Below are positions 14,070 to 27,442 of a DNA stretch of 64,000 nucleotides, one piece after another; the stretch's first letter is position 1; every line of letters begins with the position of its first letter. The position numbers were made by a program, and so were the translations under genes. This DNA comes from Eledone cirrhosa. Lineage: Eukaryota. The notes beneath the pieces are model-generated. The model had not been told where the DNA came from. It saw only the letters and a program-made list of their open reading frames with translations, and did no database searches. Where the stretch lies: assembly GCA_964016885.1 (NCBI GenBank), contig OZ024742.1, forward strand, positions 259,594,001-259,658,000, read 5' to 3'.

Positions 14070-14096
14070 GTTACGGGCGTTTATATATATATATAA

Positions 14097-14599
14097 AACA
14101 AGAAGTGTAAGTCAACAGGTTAAAATTAACTTCGTTTATTCATATTCGCTGCAATATATATTTCGGTGATAACCATAATTCAACAGCTATGACCTCATCA
14201 GGCAGCTACAACTTGAACAGAGACAACAGGGAAACATAATGGTGGGATAAATGTTACCTTGTTAATTCATTGATATGCCCAGATTCGAAATAATTAACAA
14301 CACTACATTTCGGATCTGGGCATATCAACAAGGCAAACTTTATTACACCATTATGTTTCCTTGTTTTTTGTTTTTTCTGTTCAAGTTGTAGCTGTCTGAT
14401 GAGGTCATAGCTGTTGAATTATGGTTATCCCCGAAATATATATGGCAGCGAATATGTTAATTTTAATAAGTTAATTTTAATCTGTTGACTTACACTTCTT
14501 GTGTTAAATTACTCCGGAGGAAACAGACCCACCTGCGCACTTCGTTGACTCTAACCTGCATACTGAAGTGTCGGTAAGCAGCCAACACAATCTCAAATG
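14097..14599 (+). mobile_element. PLE-derived fold-back element in (TA)n
   Basis: About 195 bp inverted arms at 14097-14292 and 14307-14503, with a tail at 14504-14599 and a hammerhead in each arm. Confidence 0.85.
14148..14206 (-). ncRNA. Hammerhead ribozyme motif
   Basis: Reverse complement is GCTGC CTGATGA GGTCATAGC..GTTATCACC GAAA TATATA TT^GCAGC. The mirror copy at 14391-14449 (+) has G at the cleavage position. Confidence 0.85.
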
Positions 14600-14602
14600 T
14601 AT

Positions 14603-14668
<66 letters not shown>

Positions 14669-14961
14669 GTGTTTGTTAATTTACAAAATGTTTTGATGCT
14701 TTAAAATGTTATTACTAAACTTGCTTTATATACTTCACTCTGCCTTTTCAGTTGACTCAGTACATTTATACTGCTCAAGAGCAGCGTTTCCATTGTCTTG
14801 ATATCAAATCAAAACTGTTGGATGAGTAATCTTCGGCGAAACTTTGAAGCTACTGTCCCAGTTCGTATATAGAATAAATATTTACTTCTTCACGAATTAA
14901 GTGCTTCTTCAGTTAATGTTTCAGGGTCTTATATATATTTCATATATTTAAAACTCCCGTG

Positions 14962-15008
<47 letters not shown>

Positions 15009-15009
15009 G

Positions 15010-15091
<82 letters not shown>

Positions 15092-16218
15092 GTATATATG
15101 CATATCTTTATATATATATATATAATATATGAGGTAGAGACTGGTAGTAGTATATAATGTTTGTTGGAGAAAAAAGGTAGAGAGATTAATGTGTAAGTAT
15201 TATTAAAGGAAAGCCTAAGGCACTTGTCAGTGATAAATAGACATAGTGAGAGTGATCTTGATATAAGAAGAGAATGTGTATAACAGAGATAGACGAGAGA
15301 GAAATCAGTGATAGGTACCGAGGGAGAGAGATAATGGATGGTATAAGTCTCTTAATAAAATGTTAAATCTCTGCTTTCGAGTGGAAATATTTCTGGTGTA
15401 AACTTTTATTTTTTCCCTGTTATTTATTTATTTATTGTTAATTATTATTATTTTTATTATTATTATTATTATTATTTTTCAATAGTATTCTACAATAGTT
15501 GTAACCGAGAGACGTTAAACTAGGTGAAAATAGTGTTTGATAGTTCAATATGAACGGCAAGAGCATTAAGAATGGAATGAATAATAGATATATAAGATGC
15601 TTCATAACAACATCTTCAACCGTAGCACCAACAACTCAACAACTACATCAACAGCAGCAGCATTGAGAACAACAACTTCAGCTACTATATCATTCAGAGC
15701 AACAACAACAGCAGCAGTATCATCGATCCACGTGGACGGTAAATTCCTGTTGCAGAAAGGAGCAGCTACGGGATCCAATGAGGGAAGTTTCGGGCTCTTA
15801 AACAAAACAGTTAAATCTCACTTACATAACACCCTACTGTCATGAAAAAACATTTTACGTGCTAACGTACAAGGCTTTTATTTAGTTGTTCCCATTGCGA
15901 GAAACAACAGCCAAATCTATTTACGTGCTAATGAATGCGGCCTCTACTTGGGTGATCCGCCTGCTAAAAGGAGTAACTAATTCTTACTTAAATCATATCG
16001 TACAGTCATGGAAAGAAATAAAACAAGATAAATGAGGTGGCTCTGAGTTCTGTGCGCATAAGAAAAAAGACATGTAGAATGCGTTTGATCACCTGTCTAA
16101 TTGTCTAGGATTGACCTAGGGCTAAATAAAGATACGCGCGGTAAAGGAATCAAGCTTCACAAAATTACAACAAATAGAATAACAAAGACAGCTTCAAAAG
16201 TGTCAGGAATAGACCTCA

Positions 16219-16510
16219 GTTGGTTTCGACGATGAAGGTTCCAGTGTTTTAATCAATGGAACTTCTTACTCTTGAATTTAACCTGTAAGTTGCTCCACAT
16301 ACCACAGATACGTACACCTTTAACGTATTTCTCATGGACTTTCTGCATGACACTGTGAGTGACAACACCGGCCCTTTGATATACGAGTTTCCAAACAGTT
16401 CCTGAATTTCGGTGTTATGGCAAATGATATATGCCTCTGCTGGCCTTCGGTGGGTTCGAATTCGACACCTAATTATTGCGAGGCAAATTTCTTAACCATT
16501 CACCCATCCT
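16219..16510 (-). mobile_element. Older long tRNA-headed SINE family
   Basis: tggtttcgacgatgaaggttccag..atcaatggaac..ccacagatacgtacaccttaacgta.ttctca. Related copies lie at about 21290-21510, 25930-26180, 40110-40380, 46060-46375, 47330-47470, 50750-51050 and 52750-53045. Confidence 0.7.
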
Positions 16511-16717
16511 GCATCCATTAACAGCTACGATAAAATGACAGTTTGAATAGAGACAACAATGCTGAGTGGTTAAGGATTTACCTACGGTTTCACTATCACT
16601 GCATCGCATTTCAGGAAAAGGTCTTTTTATATAGTCATTTGTGAGCAATGTTCTGTGAGTTAAATTTGGTAGACGGAACCTGCAGAAGGTTATTGTATAG
16701 TCTCCTTCTCAACAAAG

Positions 16718-16757
<40 letters not shown>

Positions 16758-16760
16758 TAT

Positions 16761-17162
16761 TTCGTTTCTGAATTTGTTTAGCAAGATTCTTTATCTGAAA
16801 TCGTGTGTTGAAACCGATATTGTTATACTTTGGGAGGGTCATGTTGCCAATAAGAAACACACGCACCAGTTGCTTTCACTTCAATTTATTATATATTTAT
16901 AAATTTACAAATTTATAAATATATAAATTTCTGGTTGGTTGGTTGGTTCCACAACCAGATAGTTGTTTATATATAGTCATAGTCATTTCGTCACACACTC
17001 TGTGACCTCTTCAGTGACATATAAACAACTATCTGGTTGTGGAACCAACCAACCAGAAATTTATAAATTTATAAATTTGTAAATTTATAAATATATAATA
17101 AATTGAAGTGAAAGCAACTGGTGCGTGTGTTTCTTATTGGCAACATGACCCTCCCAAAGTAT

Positions 17163-17170
<8 letters not shown>
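16761..17170 (-). mobile_element. PLE-derived fold-back element in (TA)n
   Basis: Near-perfect arms at 16817-16972 and 17019-17170, with a hammerhead in the loop. An older copy lies at 24571-25082, with fragments at 5470-5502 and 31872-32030. Confidence 0.85.
16976..17018 (-). ncRNA. Hammerhead ribozyme motif
   Basis: Reverse complement is GTCA CTGAAGA GGTCACA-GAGTG-TGTGAC GAAA TGAC TA^TGAC. Confidence 0.8.
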
Positions 17171-17206
<36 letters not shown>

Positions 17207-17502
17207 CTTTCCTTCTTACCCACTCTTAATCTCTACCCTCCCTTTCTCTGTCCCTCTCTTTATACCTTCTCTACCCTCATATATGGTAAACATCAAAACC
17301 TTCACCTATACAAAGAATAATTATTCCACATCACATCACAGAGAATGATAGTGTGCAACTCTTTACCCCACTCTCTCTCCTCTTTACTACTACACAAAAT
17401 GACTGTATTTCATTCTATTTTTAACTTCTTTACATTTCCGAAACAAAAATCCTATTACTGAATTCTACCACGTTGTGAATAGTTGAATTCCACTACTATA
17501 AG

Positions 17503-17612
17503 TTTTCTGATGAAGTGTAATAAGTAATTAAGTATTGCATATGATTCAACAATATACATTGTAGTAAGCATATGTAGACAATTTATAATAGACACAGAAA
17601 CTTATGTCAAAG
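17503..17612 (+). ncRNA. Hammerhead-like motif with a long (about 83 nt) stem II
   Basis: TTTT CTGATGA AGTGT...catatg...catatg...GACACA GAAA CTTATG TC^AAAG, within a TA-flanked element at about 17203-17673. Confidence 0.55.
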
Positions 17613-18454
17613 AAAATAAATTCATAATCTCTTCGCGCCGACGTTTTATTTTTCTTGGTGCAACACTTGCTTGTATATATATATACTCGTGTGATATATA
17701 CGGGCACGAGAATGAGCACTCAATACCCAAGTAGAGTTTAATGATATTCTTTATGATGGCTTGTCTGATGATCCTGTTATTTGTCAGGTGTAACTCTAGA
17801 GTAACTCGAGTCATCACCTAGCCATAATACAGAATATACAGGCACAGATATAGACACATACACAGACACACACACACACGCACAAACAAACAAACACAAA
17901 CACATATACACACACACACAAACACAAACGCATATACACACACAAACACAAACACATATACACACACACACACACAAACGCACACACAAATATATACATT
18001 GTTATTTATTTATTTGTGTTCGAGCCGAAGGGGCTGCGGCCATATATATATAGGGGTGATTCAAAATATCTGGCCCCATTTTTATTTTTGTTCACATAAT
18101 CATTTTTTTTACGAAATGCAATGAAACTCTGAATACATACATATCAAAATCGCTCTTCAAACTGATCACACGATTTCCACAAATATTTTTCAGTCGTTCT
18201 CGCGACTCACTGGAGGTGTAAGAGCTTCCTACGTTTTGCTAGAACCAGAACTTATTAGTGATGGGCACGTGGTCTATTGTTCCTTTTTGCTGTCTACAAG
18301 GTTTACCACATATAATTTTATGATTTTAGGAGTGACACCATTTTCTTCCACGAAGGGAGCGCCAATCAACACGCTCTTAGAAAAAGTAGTCCAGACTGTA
18401 CATGTAGCCGAGTAGAGAGATTTCACAGCCACTTCAGTCGGTTCTCTTAAAGTT

Positions 18455-18545
18455 CATCTTCCCATCTAAGTCTCATATCCGTACAGCAGAACCGCCTTCG
18501 GGTTGGAATTGAAGATGCACAGTTTACTGAACATTTTAGAGATTA
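18455..18545 (-). mobile_element. Small RTE ORF fragment
   Basis: Minus-strand translation KLCIFNSNPKAVLLYGYET. Confidence 0.55.
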
Positions 18546-18785
18546 AAAATTGCTTTCATACATATATATTGTGGAGGCACGTAGCCTAATGGTAAGGGTG
18601 TTGGACTTACGATCATAATGTCGTGGGTTCGATTCCTGGGTGGGTTGCGTGTTGTTCTAGAGCAGTATCCTGAGCTGAAACAGAAAGAATACCAGTTGGG
18701 AGTTTTGTATTCTCAGTCGCTTCACTCCACTGAAACCGGAATAATCACTGGCCTGATGTTCGAGTCTGACTTTCTATATATATAT

Positions 18786-19369
18786 AATGTATAATAAACA
18801 ATACAATATAATTACCTCATTACCAGAGGTTTCCCGAATAGAAGGTGTTGGGATATTCTTGATGGAGTAATCCAAATGATGTCTATCCATGTTCAGTATT
18901 GGTTAAAAATCCTTTTGACTGAAGAGTGCTCGATTTTAAAAGGGCGGAAAACCTCTGGTAATGAGGTAATTATATTGTATTGTTTATTATACATTAAATT
19001 TAGCTCTGTAACTGACATAGAGCACTCTTCACTCCTATGACTTTTTCAATTTTCAACGGAAACTTCAATACTTTTACAGCTCCCAAGAGAATGATCGTAG
19101 CATATTCTACATGTTTATGAGATTGGCACCTTCCAGCCCTTTTAAAGTCGAGCACTGTTCAGTCAAAAGGATTTTTAACCAATACTGAACATGGATAGAC
19201 ATCATTTGGATTACTCCATTAAGAATATCCCAACACCTTCTATTCGGGAAACCTCTGGTAATGAGGTAATTATATTGTATTTTTTATTATACATTAAATT
19301 TAGCTCTGTAACTTACATAGAGCACTCTTCACTCCTATGACTTTTTCAATTTTCAACGGAAACTTCAAT

Positions 19370-19370
<1 letters not shown>
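18786..19370 (+). mobile_element. PLE-like element with combined inverted and direct terminal repeats
   Basis: Inverted 18786-18944 vs about 19136-19295, and direct 18948-19070 vs 19248-19370. Flanked by TA/CA tracts. Confidence 0.75.
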
Positions 19371-19422
<52 letters not shown>

Positions 19423-19443
19423 TATATATGTGTAGATATGTAG

Positions 19444-19515
<72 letters not shown>

Positions 19516-19627
19516 CCTGAGTTCAATCGGGGGTAACCACAGTAAGTAAGGTACTCAATACATAGCAGAGTATGAATTCCTTCGAGTGAAACAGTTCTAG
19601 TTATGTAGAAACCATTTATATATATAT

Positions 19628-19786
19628 AGGAAAAAGTAGTCCAGAAATAACCGTCGAAATGGCTTGAGCTCTGCCGTCGGGGTCTTGAACTTTTCCTATT
19701 ACCCACTCTACTACCCTAAGCATTGAGTACTCTCGTGCGATATGGTCCATCTGTTTCCTTACCACACTTCCTTCGTTATATATATA
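19628..19786 (+). mobile_element. TA-embedded PLE-like terminal fragment
   Basis: Homologous, in reverse orientation, to 53616-53802, and carries the ACTC..GAGTAC tail hairpin. Confidence 0.6.
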
Positions 19787-20004
19787 TATAACACCATCAT
19801 TATTGTTGCAAATATTATTATACATATATATATTAATTCAAAATATTAACAAAATAGATATTCTTGTGATCAATTACATTTTATTATACATATTTCAGAG
19901 GTACTTAATATTAATAATTCTGTAAAACCTTTTTTATTGTTGAGTGCTTCCAATCTATGGTAAAACTCATTCTTTGATATATTCATTGAACCTTGTTTAA
20001 CTTT

Positions 20005-20070
<66 letters not shown>

Positions 20071-20805
20071 ACAAGAACAATAGTTTTGCTGCTCTTTCTT
20101 CTTCCTTTCACTTAGACTCTCAACGACGAACCATAAATTTCAAGACAAAACCGAAACCCATTAAATCTGAACAGCAATAACATACACCACCATCACCACT
20201 GCCACCGCCAGTTTCTTCTTCCTCTCGCCCTATCCCCTTTCCCTCCTGTAACATATATTACAATTTTCTGCTCGGAATGATCATTAGAAAGAACAAAGCA
20301 CAACACAAACAATAAATCCTATCTTCGACTTAAAGACGAGATGATAAATATGATAGGCTTGCTTTTTTTAAATATTTATATTTTATTTTCATTTTGATCT
20401 ATTTCATTTTTAAACTTTATTGCATTATTTATTTTCTTGACTCTTATTCTTGCAATTAATTTCTTCACTTTTTTATATTTTGATAAACAGTTTCCTAAAT
20501 TTTTATTTATACGTTTATGTTTTATATTTTAGTTCGTTCTTATACATATATTTATATTTTATTCTTTACTGCTTTCAGTCATTATGTTGTGACCGGCCAT
20601 ACTGGGGCACTGCCGTCATTTAATCGATCATATAAACACCAATATATATATATTTTTTTTTTCAAGTCTGGTATTTATTTTATCCACCTTTATTTTATTG
20701 AGCCACTAAGTTATAGAAAACACATACAGATCTTAGCACGCATACACGCGTAAACACACATATATATACATATATCTATCTATATATTTGTGTGTGTGTG
20801 TTCGC

Positions 20806-20863
<58 letters not shown>

Positions 20864-21806
20864 CGGGCTTTTCCTAATTACGACTACCATATTCCATTCC
20901 GAGGCCATTGGTCAATTCATGTCTATAGTAGAAAACGCCCAAAGGGTGATAAGAGAAATATTTAAACATACAGCCATATATTTTATTTTATTTTTTAATA
21001 TTATACTTTTTGTGAGAAAAAGTTTAATCGCGGTTATAATTCTTTCGGAATGTTTTCTAATAACAATTGTTTAGTGATCAATAAACTATACAGACAGAGT
21101 GACAGACGAGCACTGTTGACCGAGTATATAAAACCTAGGAGAAAGTTCGATTGCTCGAATTCTATTCCGCCCAACATGGACGACACACTGTCGAACAGTT
21201 AAAAAAATCACTTCGCAGTCATTAGGTGCCGGTTTCGAACCAATTGTGTGGTATTTCGCGTAAGTATCGTTTACCATAGCCTCATGTCGACCTTTGTGGG
21301 TTAAGCTGGGTAGACGAAACTGTTTGGAAATCGTCGGATGGAGCGTACCAGTAATTCAAAGGGTTACACATGCTATTAATTGTATCGCACAGAACCTGTT
21401 TGAATATTAGGTTAAGCGTACACTTGTCTGTGGTATGCGCACTCATTTATATGTTAAATTCATAATCTGGCAGTTCCGCTGATTGAACAGCTGGAACACT
21501 CGGAGTTGAAACTTACGGAGGTTCATTTCATTCATTACCTAACACTTAATGGTGTTAATTGTCAGTTAATATGATAGATTGATCTATCATATTAACTGGC
21601 AGAAGTACCGCCATGTCATACGACATATCTTCCGCATTTGAACCAGATGGAGTTCCTCCCAATCCAGATTTGAACACAGACGGTTTCATTCAGAGAAATT
21701 TAGAAATAAATTTGCAAGAGAGAAAGTTAGAAAGGCAGACGTTAGAACAACAGGAAAGGAAAAAAGATAAAGTGAAAAGGAGTGAATGGTTGAAAGTGAG
21801 AGAGAG

Positions 21807-21939
<133 letters not shown>

Positions 21940-22332
21940 TAATGACAGATAATGAGAAAGAGATAGAAAATATCGACCGCAGTACTGGATTCGTATTTTA
22001 TCGATCTTGTATGAAAAGCAAAGTTGACCTCAGTAGGATCTGATCTCACTGCTCACTGGGCTGAAAGGCCATAGTGTATCAAATGTGTCACATTGGTAGA
22101 GACAACGGGTTAAAAGAAATGGGATTAAAATATTTTCGGAAAAATATTTTTAATTAGGAGAGAATCTCGAAAACTGTGTGTATACGTACACACACACAAA
22201 TACACACACAAATACATATATATGTGTGTGTGTGTGTGGCTGTATGTGTGTGTGTCTTTGTTAGCATATAACACTACCATCCGAAGCGAACTTTATAAAC
22301 ATTGAGCCATGTTTTTCCATATAAATATATCT

Positions 22333-24572
22333 TCTACTTCGCTTACTTATTCTTCTGAGGGTCGTTGCGGCAGAGTCCTCAAACACACCTTCCAGCGAGT
22401 CCTGTGAGACGCAACCTTCTCCAACTGATCCGGCTGGGTTCCCAAGCGATACCAGCCGAGCTATGGATGTTATCCTACTATCCTTCTCGAGAAATACCCC
22501 TAGGTCTCCTACTGGTCGGTTTTGCGAATCTTTCCAGCGATTCTTTCCTGAGACATTCTAACTACATGCCTATAACAACGGAGCTGTGATCTCTCAATTC
22601 AGGGAACTAGCGGCTCTACCTAGAATGATTCTCTAATATCCGAGATACGCACTCTATTGACTAACGTTACTCCAAATACCATTCGGGGGAACTTCTTTTC
22701 GGTCGCTTTTATTCGCGATCGAATGTTTCATGAACATAGGTAAGGACTGGCACGAATACCAAATTAAAGATTTTTCTTCTGATTACCGAATGCTGAAGCT
22801 GACACATTACTCACCAGCTCCTGATATCTTGCACTTAATTCAGCCTCCTGCCTTCCATCACTCGTGAACACGGCCCCGAGATAATTGAACTTTTCCACCT
22901 GCTTCAGTAGAGTTCCATTCACATGTAATGTGCACTGCGCAGGCTTTCTTGAGACAACGAGAGTCTCAGTCTTCGCAGCACTGACTTTCATTCCAACTGT
23001 GCAGCACTTGGCATCAAAACTATCTACTGCATATAGATCAACTTCTGACAAATTAAAGAATGCCATGTCGTTTGGAAATTTCAACTAACTGATCCTACAC
23101 CCACCTGTCGTAATACCACTTCCAACTCTACTGCGCATGTTAATCCTGTACATGAAGATTATGACCAGGAGAGCTGACAGTACGCATCCTTGGCGAAGTT
23201 TGATCCCACTTTACATGATTTCGATTTAGCACGATTTATCCGAACACAAATATTCGGGCATTCGTATAGAGACATCAGGGCAACTAGAAACTGTATATTG
23301 ACCCCATACTCCTGTAGAGTCTTCCATAGCCTGTCCATTGAAACGGGATCGTATGCTTTTTAGAGGTCTACAAAGTTGAGAATACACCTCTTAGTACTGC
23401 TCCCATCATTTCTCAGAAACCTGTAGCAGTGTGCATATTTTGTCGGCTAGGCTGCCTCCGAGGCGAAAACCACACTGTTCGTCAGCTAACTTGGACTCGA
23501 CAATCTCCCTAAAACTCTTTCTTGCATACTTAACATAGACTTTACCGTCGAGGCTTAACAAGGATATCCCTCCGTAATTGAAGTAATATCTCTTGTCTGC
23601 CTTTTTGGAAGGAATGGTGATCCCAATCTAAATACAAATGGAGAGGCCTTATTAGATTTCTCTTCTTGCAATGAACTGATTGTGTTATTGTCTCTGAGCT
23701 CTGCGATTCTATGCTGGATAAAGTGGGAAGCCTGGGATTCAGTGGGATAAGATAGTGAGGACCAGGTAGGCAGATACTATTGCATCAAAATTCAGAAAAC
23801 CTCCTGCGCAGATCAAGGATGCTGAAACGGAATGAAGGCTCTTCAGTTCGGCAGTTTCTGGTTCAGCTCTTAAAATCTGCGAGCAAAAGCAGCTTGGTGT
23901 GATGTCGTACAGCAAGATGCCATCGGACCAAAGAAGGCGCCCTACAAACCTTGGTTGGAAATAATTCTCTTTCTTGAACTTGTAGTACAAGCAGATGCGA
24001 AAATGTGCAGCAGAGAGAGTAAAGGCGTCCAAAGTTAAAACATCGGAGGTCTTTGTCGTTAGGCTGAAATCCGACTTCAGATCAGCAAATACAGTGTTCT
24101 GGCACAGACCATCCGCCGACTTCGTAAAAAGAAGTACTACCCCATACAATGCGTTTGGAGTTCTCTCTTCAGAGAGGTGCATCATCACGGGGTGGAGAGA
24201 ATACTTTGTTGATCTCCTAAACCTGATCACAACATCTGATGTACATGAAGTGCATCTAGGAACGATGACTATTTTCCCGGAGGCTGAGGTCACAAGTGCA
24301 ATTAAAGTGCTCAAATGTGGCAAGACCGCTGGGGAGGATAAAATTCGGACAGCGATTTTAAAAGCCTTAAGTAGAGAAGGTATTATATGGCTAACTTGTG
24401 TGTTTCGGATGGCCAGAGTATCTGGAAACGCCCCTAAGTAATGGCAAACATGAGTGATAATTCCAATTGCCCACACGGGAGACAAGAAAGATTGCTCCAA
24501 TTTTAGAGGGATCTTCTTGTTAAGTGCCTGGCAAAGAGATGTGGGGTGATTATCAGATCCAAGTTAGCTGAT
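22333..24572 (-). mobile_element. RTE-clade LINE: 3' part on minus (22333-23620) joined to an inverted 5' part on plus (23620-24572)
   Basis: Minus gives GISLLSL..SKLADEQCGFR and QVEKFNYLGAVFTSDGRQEAELSAR. Plus gives NTNGEALLDF and WREYFVDLLN..EVTSAIKVLKCGKTAGEDKI..GDKKDCSNFRGI. Confidence 0.8.
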
Positions 24573-25082
24573 ATTGTTATATTTGGGGAGAGTCATGAGG
24601 CCAATAAAAACACATGCACTAGTTAATTTTCACTTCAGTTTTATTATATTATTAGTTGGTTCTCTTATGTAATTGTCAACGCTCATTCGTAATACATTCT
24701 GTGAACTCGCCAATGAGTATTTGTGTTCCTTTTGCCTCCTCAAGCAATACTACCCCACAACATAACGGCTGAGTACAGTATAGAACAGAGAAATAGAAAT
24801 AAAATCTAGTACGTAACAAACAAGCATACACGTAAGCACACACAAACATGCATACATATTGCAAACACAAATACACACGCACAGGCCAGACAGAGAAACT
24901 TGTGACAAGATGGAACAGACACGGCTAGAACAAAAAAGGAAGCACAGAGGAACACAAGTAGTCATTGATGAGGTCACATAATGTGTAACAAAAGAGAACC
25001 AACTAATAATAAAACTGAAGTGAAAATTAGCTAGTGCATGTGTTTTTATTGGCAACATAACTCTCCATAAATATCATAATAT
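24571..25082. mobile_element. Older fold-back element of the 16761 family
   Basis: Arms begin atattgttatatttggggagagtcatg and end cataactctccataaatatcataatat. A decayed hammerhead gtcattgatgaggtcaca lies at 24961. Confidence 0.7.
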
Positions 25083-25133
25083 CTGTATGAAGGTAAATAA
25101 TCTCGCAAATTTAACGCACATATACATACTTGA

Positions 25134-25274
<141 letters not shown>

Positions 25275-27117
25275 CGAGAGAGTGAGTGTGTGTGGGGGAT
25301 GACCAGGGTTAGATACATGTATTTATACATTATTTGTGTGAATGTATTTATATACACATCTATTCAGGCTGTATGAAAATGAATCATTCGATTTCGAAAG
25401 TCTATATTTTTTTAAAACAAATGTACATACAATTATCCGGTAACTTGTACAATACATATTTGAATATATAGTGTTATTTACAAATTTTATAAATACTCAA
25501 TATGCCCTCCTTCCGGACACATGATAGTCAAACTCGTCTCATACTCGAGTGAGTATGTTTGGTGATTCTCTTTGGTACATCCTATACGTATATATATATG
25601 GATGTGTGTGTATGTGTGTGTGTGCGTATATATATATGTGTGTGTGTGTGTGCGCGCGTGTGTAATGTAAGCTCCAGTTTGATCAAATATCCAACCTAAT
25701 TAACTGATAGTGTTCCAACCATTTTCAGTATGTTATAATGATAATAATAATAATTTATAATATGATACATACTGTGTATATGTATTACTTTATATATAGT
25801 ATTATATTCACGCGAAATTGGCATCGTTTTTCAATCAAATTCTGTTGGGTTTTGCCCAGAGGTGATCATGTTACAACTTTAATTTGGGAAGCAATAAGTA
25901 TACATGCATGTTTCTGTTTTTAGTGTTCGGCTAACTACCGGAAGGTCGTGAGTTTAACTTCATGTAACGCGTTGTGTTCTTGAGCAAGATATTTCATTTC
26001 ACCTGGCTCCAATCCACGCATTTAAAAGAAAATGAAATGTGGCTATAATTGAAAGGGCCAACTTTTCCTACACTGCCTCATGCTAAATATCCTTGCTGAA
26101 AGTACACGCGTTCACGTTCTTTTCACAAGCAGACTGTTCCGTTGGACGAACAGCTGGAACATTCAGCGACGGAGATCCAACACATAGGAGTAACTATTCA
26201 GAAAATATGTTTTCAGAAATATTCAAGAAAATAACAAATATACCGACTATATTCATGTTAAAGGCGAATTGAAAAATTATTTTTTTTTAGGTTAAATTTA
26301 TCGGCTCGACTATTACATGTATACTTTAGGGATACTACAATCCAATAAGCAGAAGACCAAACGGACACTAAATGGATAAAAAAAACATATTACAGCATTA
26401 ATGCCAACTTTTCTACACATCAAAATATATTTCCTACTAGTAAAAACACATAAATAAAGTGATATAACTCTTATAAATATTTCTACTGCTTGCACATATC
26501 AAAATATTTTTATATTCAAAGTAATTCCTTAAATCATAAAAGTTGGCCTGGTGTCCGTGCAAAGCTAACTTTTAGATTAGCTATTAATTTTCGCTGGACA
26601 AAACATAAAAGGTGGACTTATACATGGGATTGACGTTTACACTAGTATATATGGTAATATCAAAATCGCATATAACTCACTATATTCACTCAAATTTCTT
26701 CTGTTTTCTTCGTGTATACCGAGATTTCAGTTCTTTTCCTATATTTCTTTCTGAAATTACCTTTTATCTAAGCATGTATCGTCAGCTGCACGGAAGCCAC
26801 AAATGACAATATATTATATATCATACATATATTGTATATCTCATATATCAGCTATTTATAATTCAAAATATTCTTTCCTTCGAAAAATTGTCCACTTTCA
26901 TAAAATCACGAACACTGCTTTTGACCTTCATGAAACAGTAAACCATTTGAGAGAAATAACATTGTTGAAGGCTTCAAAAAATATCCCGGAATTGAGCTCG
27001 GAATGTGCAGACTGTCACCAATTTCTTCCCCCTCCGTCACTCTCTGTATATATATATATATCTCTCTCTCTTTCTCTTTATTTCTCCCGTTTCTTCTATT
27101 TCTCTTTCTCTCTCTCA

Positions 27118-27212
<95 letters not shown>

Positions 27213-27214
<2 letters not shown>

Positions 27215-27345
27215 AAAAGTAAAGAGAAATAACAACACAATCGGTACAATATATGGAAGGTGTATATTAGGTTAACGCTTGATATAGCAGGAAGAGAGTC
27301 TTAACGTTTCGGACGCTAGTCCTTCATGTTGAGTCAAACAACGCC
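27213..27345 (-). mobile_element. PLE terminal fragment with a decayed hammerhead
   Basis: Reverse complement includes atgaa GGAC-TAGC-GTCC GAAA CGT TA. A homolog lies at 49280-49415 (+), and the same tail occurs at about 1064-1100 and 37200-37250. Confidence 0.6.
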
Positions 27346-27442
27346 GTACGCTAAAATTATCCACAATACGAAGTATTCACAACCTCTAACTGGATTACCT
27401 ATAACGATATTTTGTTATCCCTATATATATATATATATATAT

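Noticed and set aside
15597-15845. ATG-initiated 82 aa Thr/Ala-rich ORF
   Set aside because: It is low-complexity (CAA/CAG) sequence adjoining a dispersed repeat, with no domain signal.
18915-18955. CTGAAGA..GGAAA hammerhead-like string
   Set aside because: The GAAA comes from a rearrangement junction, with no stem I/III pairing.
26600-26656. Possible pogo/Tigger or mariner terminal fragments (also near 18052, 25362 and 52640)
   Set aside because: Only single short end-like motifs are present, with no paired TIRs or transposase that I can verify.
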